Below the pieces are notes generated by a model that searched no databases, was not told the origin of the DNA, and worked only from the letters and a program-made list of their open reading frames with translations. From the NCBI GenBank assembly GCA_002269645.1, contig NIVC01000542.1, positions 298,609 through 362,608 of the forward strand: DNA of 64,000 nt, read 5' to 3'. Of this stretch, positions 1 through 11,600 are shown piece after piece. The position numbers were made by a program, and so were the translations under genes. Within the stretch, counting starts at the first letter, position 1. Each line of letters begins with the position of its first letter. The DNA is from Macrostomum lignano (lineage: Eukaryota).

Positions 1-2660
1 ACCGATTTCACTATAACTGACTACAGCAGATGTGCTGGCATGGACGTTACCCTCTGCTGAGACTACAATGGCGTCGTCTTCTTGGATATTCACTCGGCAC
101 TTTCGGCACACAGATACACCGATTTCGACACTTGAACTCTTATCAATCTTTTCGGCTGCACGATTCTCGACCTCAGCACTAGTGTCAGCATCTAGATTCC
201 GTTCTGATGCATGCGACAATACATTATCTTGGAGACACTCTGTGCCTGTGCTGGCATCAATTTTACCGCCAGACGATCCATAACCGACCTCACCGTGCTG
301 GAATTCAGTGTTAGTACTGGCGTCTACTATCCGTTCAGATGAACCTGAACCTGCATCAGCCTGGAAAAGCACTGCACTTGAGCTAGAATCGACTTTTCCG
401 TCAGTAGTTCCAGAACCGATTTCGCTATAACTGACTGCAGCAACTGTACTGGCATCGACGTTGTCATCCGTTGAGCCTACACTGGCGTCGATTAGAATAC
501 ACTCCGCACTCGAGCTAGCATCGACTTTTCCAGCACATGATCCTGAGCCTATCTCACTATACTCAACTTCAGCTCTAGTGCTGGCATCTACTTTCCTTTC
601 AGATGAACCTAAACCTGCATCAGCCTGGAAAAGCACTGCACTTGAGCTAGAATCGACTTTTCCGTCAGTAGTTCCAGAACCGATTTCGCTATAACTGATT
701 GCAGCAACTGTACTGGCATCGACATTGTCATCCGTTGAGCCTACACTGGCGTCGATTAGAATACACTCCGCACTCGAGCTAGCATCGACTTTTCCAGCAC
801 ATGATCCTGAGCCTATCTCACTATACTCAACTTCAGCTCTAGTGCTGGCATCTACTTTCCTTTCAGATGAACCTGAACCTGCATCAGCCTGGAAAAGCAC
901 TGCACTTGAGCTAGAATCGACTTTTCCGTCAGTAGTTCCAGAACCGATTTCGATATAACTGACTGCAGCAACTGTACTGGCATCGACGTTGTCATCCGTT
1001 GAGCCTACACTGGCGTCGATTAGAATACACTCCGCACTCGAGCTAGCATCGACTTTTCCGTCAATAGATCCAGGACCGATTTCACTATAACTGACTACAG
1101 CAGATGTGCTGGCATGGACGTTACCCTCTGCTGAGACTACAATGGCGTCGTCTTCTTGGATATTCACTCGGCACTTTCGGCACACAGATACACCGATTTC
1201 GACACTTGAACTCTTATCAATCTTTTCGGCTGCACGATTCTCGACCTCAGCACTAGTGTCAGCATCTAGATTCCGTTCTGATGCATGCGACAATACATTA
1301 TCTTGGAGACACTCTGTGCCTGTGCTGGCATCAATTTTACCGCCAGACGATCCATAACCGACCTCACCGTGCTGGAATTCAGTGTTAGTACTGGCGTCTA
1401 CTATCCGTTCAGATGAACCTGAACCTGCATCAGCCTGGAAAAGCACTGCACTTGAGCTAGAATCGACTTTTCCGTCAGTAGTTCCAGAACCGATTTCGCT
1501 ATAACTGACTGCAGCAACTGTACTGGCATCGACATTGTCATCCGTTGAGCCTACACTGGCGTCGATTAGAATACACTCCGCACTCGAGCTAGCATCGACT
1601 TTTCCAGCACATGATCCTGAGCCGATCTCACTATGCTCAACTTCAGCTCTAGTGCTGGCATCTACTTTCCTTTCAGATGAACCTGAACCTGCATCAGCCT
1701 GGAAAAGCACTGCACTTGAGCTAGAATCGACTTTTCCGTCAGTAGATCCAGGACCAATTTCCCTATAACTGACTGCAGCAACTGTGCTGGAGTCGGCAGC
1801 ACGATTCTCAACCTCAGCACTAGTGTCAGCATCCAGATTCCGTTCTGATGCATGCGACAATACATTATCTTGGAGACACTCTGTGCCTGTGCTGGCATCA
1901 ATTTTACCGTCAGACGATCCATAACCGACCTCACCGTGCTGGAATTCAGTGTTAGTACTGGCATCTACTTTCCTTTCAGATGAACCTGAACCTGCATCAG
2001 CCTGGAAAAGCACTGCACTTGAGCTAGAATCGACTTTTCCGTCAGTAGTTCCAGAACCGATTTCGCTATAACTGATTGCAGCAACTGTACTGGCATCGAC
2101 TTTGTCATCCGTTGAGCCTACACTGGCGTCGATTAGAATACACTCCGCACTCGAGCTAGCATCGACTTTTCCGTCAATAGATCCAGAACCGATTTCGCTA
2201 TAACTGACTGCAGCAACTGTACTGGCATCGACGTTACCCTCTGCTGAGACTACAATGGCGTCGTCTTCTTGGATATTCACTCGGCACTTTCGGCACACAG
2301 ATACACCGATTTCGACACTTGAACTCTTATCAATCTTTTCGGCTGCACGATTCTCGACCTCAGCACTAGTGTCAGCATCTAGATTCCGTTCTGATGCATG
2401 CGACAATACATTATCTTGGCGAAATCCTGTGCCTGTGCTGGCATCAATTTTATCGCCAGACGATCCATAACTGACCTGGAATTCAGTGTTAGTTCTGGCA
2501 TCTACTTCCTTTTCAGATGAACCTGAACCTGCATCAGCCTGAAAAAGCACTGCACTTGAGCTAGAATCGACTTTTCTGTCAGTAGATTTAGAACTAATTT
2601 TACTATGCATGTAATTGACTGCAGCACCAGTGCTGGTATCAACGCTGCTGTTTGATGAGT
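1..2660 (-). repeat. Coding repeat block A: 66-nt (22-aa) units in 264-nt and 1074-nt higher-order repeats
   Basis: Units such as KVDASTRAEVEYSEIGSGSCAG / KVDASSSAECILIDASVGSTDD / NVDASTVAAVSYSEIGSGTTDG / KVDSSSSAVLFQADAGSGSSER. Shadow ORFs recur at offsets 264 (461 to 725) and 1074 (32 to 1106, 461 to 1535). Confidence 0.93.
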
Positions 2661-5600
2661 CTATACTTACATCTATGTTGAGACCCTCAGCATTCAAACT
2701 AGAATCAAGCTTACTATGTTGAGCTTCAGCTTCCGATGAACCTGAGCTTGCATCACTATGGAGAAGCTCTGTACTTAAGCCCGCAGTGGCCTTTCTGTCA
2801 GGTGATCCAGAACCGAGCCCACTGTGCTCGATATCAGCTCCAGTGATGGAGGAAACTGTTTTTTCTGAATTTAGGCAAAGAGCATGGTTGGGCACATCCA
2901 ACTCCTCAGTAATTTGACTACTGGCTTCAGTAGTTGTAGGTAGTGCATAGCAGCAGAAGTCTTTTGAAATAACATTCGAGTCTTGTGTTGGCGTCTCCTC
3001 GTCACAGGAAAAAACAAGCGCGGATGGTGCACTAAATCCAGAATCTTTCAAGTGAGGGGAATTAAGAGCATCAAATAAGCGCCGCTGTGAGATCGTATTA
3101 GGAGTAGAGTAAGTAGGGACTTCTGAATCATTCGAATACACAGAAGTTTGTGCTGCAGAATCAATCAGCTTAAGCGCAGTGCTTGTGCCTTTGCATTCGT
3201 GCAAAACTTCTTGTGGTGCATTTTCGATGTCGACTTGGTCGGTCGATTCTAGCAAAGCAGACTGAAGTGATGATTTCTCTGATGCGAGTTGATCTAATCT
3301 AAGATTCTGACTTTTTACTGTTTTTAACAACTCTTTTAAGGCATTTTTATAGTAGCTGAGGCTTTGAATACCTTCTACGCATTGACTATACAAAGTAGTG
3401 CCTTCGTTAGATTCTTGATTATCCGTTTGCGAAGAAGCATTTGCCGTAATGACAGTGGTATCTGAACCAGCATAATAAGCATTCGTCAGATTTTTAAGCT
3501 CCTCTGAAAAAGATTCGCGGAAAAAGGATGAATCCGTCTCTAGTCTGGCAACGATTGCCTTTAAATCTTTTGTCTCAGACAAAAGAGACTCAATCCGAGC
3601 ATTATTACTTTCTAACTCAGAGCGTTGCTCTTCAATTCGGATATCTCTATAATTTAATTCTGAATTTAAACTTAAAATCAACTCGTCTTGTTGTCTTATT
3701 TGCTCAGACAACAGAACATTTTTAGACTCCAGTTCATTTGCCTCTCTACGAATTTCTGCAAGATCTTGTGCGAGAACGTCGCGTTCAGCGGCAACTTCAA
3801 TCAACGAATTTTTCAAATATGTGGGACTTGCTTCAGTCTCGTCATCAAAAGGCTTGCAGGATAGAGAATCTCCCCAGTTAGGATCTAAACCGGATGGATT
3901 AGACGATGAGCGAGTCTCTAGCTGTTGTTGAAAGGTAAAAGCTCGATTTTCAGCATCTGTGAGTTTCTCTTCAATTTGCAGCTTTTCTTCATAGACTTTA
4001 GTTTGAGAGTCCAAAAGCTCTTGGAACTCTGATTCGGTTGCTCTCAGTGTAGTTTCTAACTTCTTATTCTTTTGCTCAATTTTACGCTGTTCTTCTTGAA
4101 GAGCAGCTTTTTCAATTGACATTTCTTTGATCGTATCATTTGCCGCAAGAATTTGCTGCGCCTGGTGCTCCTTATTTTCCTGCAGGATAGCCTCTGCTGA
4201 TTTTACCTCGGCTATTAGTTGGTGCAATGTGGACAATTCTGATTTCATGGAATCTATATGAGCCTTCAATTGGTCCTGCTCCGCCACAGCATTCTTTTTT
4301 GCAGCTAGAAGGGCATCACTTTCGGCCTTCAATTGGCTATTTAATTGCTCAGTCGAACTAAGTGATTCCTGCAATTTAGAATTATTAATGGCTATTGATG
4401 ACGTTTCGTGTCTCAAAATTTCTAACCGCGCTTCTAGAACTTCCTTTTCTTCCATTAACGATCGATTTGTCGCACTAAGAATGCGCTCACGCTCGGCAAC
4501 TAAGTCAATTGTCTGCTCAAGTTCGGCCGATCGGTTTACAAGAGCTTCAAGCTTCTTGCGCATTGTCTCTTTCTCTTTTAGCGCATTTTCATACAAGTCT
4601 TGAAGTTGGCGAAATTCAAATTTAGAGTTAGGGCTCTCTAAAAACGAATAATCTGGTCCAATGTGTTGAATATCAGATGAAACAGAATAAAAATCGTCTT
4701 CAGATTCATCGACATCGGAGTGCAAATTCAACGTGTTTGCTGCGACCGAGTTCCAGGCAATTTGCCCGATCTCAACAACTCTTTGATGGGTATCTTCTGA
4801 TGAAGCTGATGTAGCTGGCATGACTGGTGAATCCGTTTGACAGAAGGCATCACAGGACAGGGAAACAACTGCGAGGCAACTTTCAGACTGAGAAATTAAT
4901 CGTGTGTTTAGAGCCACCTTGTCTAAACAGCGACTATTCCATCTAGGGCCGATAAAAGAGGATAACAAAAAGTCTAAACCAGATTGCCTCTTTGAACCAC
5001 TCCAATTAGCTGTATTAGTTAAATCCTCATGAATAACTGGTTTCTTGAGTGAAGCAGATGCCTTAGTAGACGATTCTAAGGGTTGATTCTCTGATTCCTG
5101 ACGTAGCAAATGAAGATCACTCATGCTTAGGGACGGCTTCAACTTATCTTTAGCGAAAATATATGAACTTGTGACAAGAGTATCTGTTAAATAAGGTTTT
5201 TCAGTTGGGCCACTCGAGGCAACAGCCAATTCAAGTTTTGTGCTCGCGCTTGTCTCAATTCTCTCGTCAGTGAATCCACTGGAAGCATAAGAAAATTCGA
5301 TCTTTGTGCTTGTGCTTGCGTCGATACTTTTTTTAGTTGGACCACTCGATGCATCTGCAAATCCGAGTTTTGCGCTGCTGCTGCCATCAACTCTCTCTTC
5401 GCTTAGTCCACTAGATGCATCAGCAATGTTGACTTTTGCGCTTGTGCTTGCGTCAACACCTTCTTGAGTAAAACCACTTGGTGCATCAGCAATGTTGACT
5501 TTTGCGCTTGTGCTTGCGTCGATACTTTCTTTAGTTGCACTACTCGACGCATCAGCAACTTCGAGTTTTGCGCTGGTGCTGGCATCAACTCTCTTTTCGC

Positions 5601-8600
5601 CTAGTCCGCTCGATGCATCAGCATACTCGAGTTTTGCGTCTGTGCTGGCATCAGCTCTCTCGTCGCTTAGTCCGCTCGATGCATCAGCAAATTCGAGCTT
5701 TACGTCTGTGCAGGCATCAGCTCTCTCTTTGCTTAGTCCGCTCGATGCATCTGCAAATTCGAGCTTTGCGTCTGTGCTGGCATCAGTCCTCTCTTTGCTT
5801 AGTCCGCTCGATGCATCAGCAAATTCGAGCTTTGCGCTAGTGCTGGCATGAACTCTTTCTTCGCTTAGTCCGCTCGATGCATCAACAAATTCGAGCTTTA
5901 AGCTTGTGCTGACATCAGCTCTCTCTTCGCTTAGTCCGCTCGATGCATCAGCAATGTTGACTTTTGTGCTTGTGCTTGCGTCGATACTTTCTTTAGTTGG
6001 ACTACTCGACGCATCAGCAACTTCGAGTTTTGCGCTGGTGCTGGCATCAACTTTCTCGTCGCTTAGTCCGCTCGATGCATCGGCAAATTCGAGCTTTGCG
6101 TCTGTGCTGGCATCAGCTCTCTCTTCGCTTAGTCCACTGGATGCATCAGCAAATTCGAGCTTTGCGTCTGTGCTGGCATCAGTTCTCTCTTTGCTTAGTC
6201 CGCTCGATGCATCTGCAAATTCGAGCTTTGCGCTGGTGCTGGCATCAACTTTCTCGTCGCTTAGTCCGCTCGATGCATCGGCAAATTCGAGCTTTGCGTC
6301 TGTGCTGGCATCAGTTCTCTCTTTGCTTAGTCCGCTCGATGCATCAGCAAATTCGAGCTTTGCGTCTGTGCTGGCATCAGTTCTCTCTTTGCTTAGTCCG
6401 CTCGATGCATCTGCAAATTCGAGCTTTGCGCTGGTGCTGGCATCAACTCTCTCTTCGCCTAGTCCGCTAGATGCATCAGCATACTCGAGTTTTGCGTCTG
6501 TGCTTGCATCAGTTCTCTCTTTGCTTAGTCCGCTAGATGCATCAGCAACTTCGAGTTTTGCGCTGGTGCTGGCATCAACTTTCTCGTCGCTTAGTACGCT
6601 CGATGCATTTGCAAATTCGAGCTTTACTTCTGTGCTGGCATCAGCTCTCTCTTCGCTTAGTCCGCTCGATGCATCAGCAACTTCGAGTTTTGCGCTGGTG
6701 CTGGCATGAACTCTCTCTTCGCTTAGTCCGCTCGATGCATCAGCAAATTCGAGCTTTACGTCTGTGCAGGCATCAGCTCTCTCTTTGCTTAGTCCGCTCG
6801 ATGCATCTGCAAATTCGAGCTTTGCGTCTGTGCTGGCATCAGCTCTCTCTTTGTTTAGTCCACTGGATGCATCAGCAATTTTGACTTTTGCGCTTGTGCT
6901 TGCGTCGATACTTTCTTTAGTTGCACTACTCGACGCATCAACAACTTCGAGTTTTGCGCTGGTGCTGGCATCAACTCTCTCGTCGCTTAGTACGCTCGAT
7001 GCATTTGCAAATTCGAGCTTTACTTCTGTGCTGGCATCAGCTCTCTCTTCGCTTAGTCCGCTCGATGCATCAGCAACTTCGAGTTTTGCGCTGGTGCTGG
7101 CATGAACTCTGTCTTCGCTTAGTCCGCTCGATGCATCAGCTCTCTCTTCGCTTAGTCCGCTCGATGCATCTGCAAATTCGAGCTTTGCGTCTGTGCAGGC
7201 ATCAGCTCTCTCTTTGCTTAGTCCGCTCGATGCATCTGCAAATTCGAGCTTTACGTCTGTGCAGGCATCAGCTCTCTCTTTGCTTAGTCCGCTCGATGCA
7301 TCAGCAAATTCGAGCTTTGCGTCTGTGCTGGCATCAGTTCTCTCTTTGCTTAGTCCGCTCGATGCATCTGCAAATTCGAGCTTTGCGCTGGTGCTGGCAT
7401 CAACTCTCTCTTCGCCTAGTCCGCTAGATGCATCAGCATACTCGAGTTTTGCGTCTGTGCTGGCATCAGTTCTCTCTTTGCTTAGTCCGCTAGATGCATC
7501 AGCAACTTCGAGTTTTGCGCTGGTGCTGGCATCAACTTTCTCGTCGCTTAGTACGCTCGATGCATTTGCAAATTCGAGCTTTACTTCTGTGCTGGCATCA
7601 GCTCTCTCTTCGCTTAGTCCGCTCGATGCATCAGCAACTTCGAGTTTTGCGCTGGTGCTGGCATGAACTCTCTCTTCGCTTAGTCCGCTCGATGCATCAG
7701 CAAATTCGAGCTTTACGTCTGTGCAGGCATCAGCTCTCTCTTTGCTTAGTCCGCTCGATGCATCTGCAAATTCGAGCTTTGCGTCTGTGCTGGCATCAGC
7801 TCTCTCTTTGTTTAGTCCACTGGATGCATCAGCAATTTTGACTTTTGCGCTTGTGCTTGCGTCGATACTTTCTTTAGTTGCACTACTCGACGCATCAACA
7901 ACTTCGAGTTTTGCGCTGGTGCTGGCATCAACTCTCTCGTCGCTTAGTACGCTCGATGCATTTGCAAATTCGAGCTTTACTTCTGTGCTGGCATCAGCTC
8001 TCTCTTCGCTTAGTCCGCTCGATGCATCAGCAACTTCGAGTTTTGCGCTGGTGCTGGCATGAACTCTGTCTTCGCTTAGTCCGCTCGATGCATCAGCTCT
8101 CTCTTCGCTTAGTCCGCTCGATGCATCTGCAAATTCGAGCTTTGCGTCTGTGCAGGCATCAGCTCTCTCTTTGCTTAGTCCGCTCGATGCATCTGCAAAT
8201 TCGAGCTTTACGTCTGTGCAGGCATCAGCTCTCTCTTTGCTTAGTCCGCTCGATGCATCTGCAAATTTGAGCTTTGCGTCTGTGCTGGCATCAGCTCTCT
8301 CTTTGCTTAGTCCACTGGATGCATCAGCAATGTTGACTTTTGAGCTTGTGCTTGCGTCGATACTTTCTTTAGTTGCACTACTCGAAGCATCAGCAACTTC
8401 GAGTTTTGCGCTGGTGCTGGCATTAACTCTGTCTTCGCCTAGTCCGCTAGATGCATCAGCAATGTTGCCTCTTGCGTCTGTGCTGGCATCCGCTCTCTCG
8501 TCGCTTAGTCCGCTCGATGCATCAGCAAATTCGAGCTTTGCGCTTGTGCTGACATCAGCTCTCTCTTCGCTTAGTCCGCTCGATGCATCAGCAAATTCGA

Positions 8601-11600
8601 GCTTTGCGCTGGTGCTGACATCAGCTCTCTCTTCGCTTCGTCCGCTCGATGCATCAACAAATTCGAGTTTTGCGCTTGTGCTGGCCTCAGCTTTCTCTTC
8701 GCTTAGTCCGCTCGATGCATCAGCAAATTCGAGTTTTGCGCTGGTGCTGGCATGGCTTGTGCCTGCATTTTGAGCTAAATTTTCCTCTTTTTGTCCAATT
8801 ATTTTTCGATTCGTATGATCTATACTTAGAACAGGCGGCATGCTTGCTGAAATGAGAATATTGGGTAAGCTCTCACATCTTCTGATTTGAAATGTTTTGG
8901 ACGAGAGCCTGATAAATTCGTTGGTTTCTGTTTGAAGTCCAAATAGCGCACTTCTTTTTCGCTGCGTATATTCGTCTATTTGATGTGGAACACCGAAATC
9001 GCTTGTTTCGTGAAGTGCATAGCCACTACTATTTATAAGGCCAACAGTTTCCGATGTGCATGTATACTCTAAATCATGCGAGAACTCGTTTTCTTCGAAA
9101 AATTCCTCACATTGAGCGAGGGCTGTAGTACTAACATGGTGATGCTGAGAACTCGTATCTACTAAGAAACTCTGTAACTTTTCTCGAAGTATCTCCATAT
9201 TTTGTTCCTGACTTTGATTTAATTCTACCAGTTGTACTAATTTTGAGTCCTTAATGCGCAAAAGCTCCTCAAGGTATGTATTCTGGCGACGGATTTCGGA
9301 TTCTGATTGCAACGCTCGGTCGTGGCTAGAAATAAGGTGATCAAGCTCATCTAGTATATTGAATTCGGATTTTTGCTGCCCTCTTTTAAATGGTGCTCTC
9401 AAAAATGTGCGATCTTTGAGTTGCCTCGAAATAGTTTCAAGAATACATTTTTTCTCAAGAACGTCCAACGATAAGCGATCAAGTCTAGCCAATAAGTCTC
9501 CGTTTTCAGATGGCAGCAGTCCAATATGCTGATTGAAGTCCTTTGATACTTTTTCGCCCACTTTATCAATTTCGGTCTGCAAACAGGTCAATCGATCAAC
9601 GAGCTGTTTGATGTGATTACTAGCCTGAGAAAGATTTACGTCCTTAGTTTCTGACTCAGCTCGTAAGGCTTGCCGCTCATCAGAGAGTCGACATACTTCC
9701 AACTCAAATTCATCAATAAGGGATCGTGTAAAATCAAGCGCTTCTTTGAGACCTCTGTTCTCATCAGATAGACTGATATTCTGGTTAGACAGAGTGAAAA
9801 CTTGCATATTTAGGCCACGAAGGACAACTTTCATCTCTTCGTTGTATCGTTCCACGAAGGTTTGGTGGCTTAGAACTTCTGTCTGTGTTTCAACAGACAC
9901 AGAATTGCGAGCGGTCACATTAAAAGCTCTTAAGGTGGTGTCCAACTCAAATGTTGCGTCACCTTGAACATAATCATGCATGACTTCCATTTGAAGTGAG
10001 CTTGGTGCAGAGACAGCATGATTCTTTGCCTCGTCGGATTGGAAATATGTTGGTACTTCAAGAACTGATTCACTAGCTGCTCCGAATCTCGGTTGTGTCA
10101 TTAAGGCTGCATCAAATTGTCTGAAAACCGTCTCGGCACAGGCAGGATCTGATGTTACAAAGCCGCTTTCTGAGAGGCTCTTAACTGTTGGAAAATCCAC
10201 TTTTCTCTCCGCAATGGAAGCGCTTTCTCTTGCCGGGTCATTATTATCAGAAACAGATGCCTGGTCGTGAAAAAAACCGCGAGAATTTTCAGTCCGAGAA
10301 GGAACACAAGTACTGGATGGATCAGTGCCTGAAGTCATATTTTCTGCATACTGAATATCCGGTGCAGTAAAGTATTCTGTGTTTGTGTGAGCATCAACGG
10401 TCATGATTGCACAATCAACTGAAGAATCGGATAGCAGAGGCTTGCGAAATTCTAAACTAGCATCTAATGCAGCACCGCTTCTTTCTTGCAAACCACTAGC
10501 GTTTGAACTTGGAAATATTGGCTGAGCACCTGAAGAATTAAAAGCACTTGTAAACAATTCTTTGCAACTGCGAGTTTTTCTCATTGCACTTTGAGTACTA
10601 GCATCTGACACAATGAATGTATGAGCTGCGCCTAAGGCACCTTGATCAGCTGCTTGAGCGGAATCAGAACTATTTTTTTGCTGCATCTTTCGCTCCTTCA
10701 TATGTAGTACAACAGGGACCGTAGACTCATTGTCGGCTTCAATTTTAAACTTACTGTTTTGAGCGCCAAAAAATTCGCGAACACTATCTGAGCTATATGC
10801 AAAAGCACATTGAACGCTAGCATCAAGCATTTCTGCAGCAACTGTGAATCCAGGGAAACCAGAGTCCAATTCTATATCGGTACTCGCATCAATCAGAATA
10901 GCTTTGTCTGTAACCGAATACGCATCGCAAAAAAGCGGATGTACTACAGTATGATCAACTAGATCAAAAGAATGTTTCGGTGCTGATGAAGCATCAGTGT
11001 TTTTTTGGCTGTCCATTAACAATTTAGCTTTGGAAATTCCCAGCTCTGAGTCCATGCTTGCATCGCTGCTAGAAACAATTGTGCATGCATCACGACTTTG
11101 AAAAGCATCGGTTGAAACACATACACTAGTAACTCTGATTGAACAATCCACTTCTGCATTGACTAGCGCTTGATTAAAACTCTCGGTGCTTGCATCAACC
11201 AACACACGCGTGTCGGCTTCCATTTTCGCGGTCGTACTTGCATCGCTAGTTGCTTTTATTTCTCTCCATACAAAGCCACTATCAAGGAGTGCAGTCGAGG
11301 TAGTAGTAGCTTCATTGCCTTTAATAGCATCGCTAACTTTGGAGGTACCTTGATAATGTGTAGCTATATCAGCAGGTCGTCGTAAATCAGAGCTCTCAAA
11401 GACTTGTGCTAGGCTTTCTTGATGAGCTGCCATCTCGGTGCCATCTGTACTTGCTTCAAATCTTTCCAATTGTGGCGTGCATACTTTTATATCTTTTCCT
11501 TTAACTCCTTCACCGCCCGCGCACTGAGTGGCTTCAGCGAAATTATCAAAAGGTGTATCCGTGCCTACGTCCATGGAGCCACTAAAACAAGAATCAGTAA

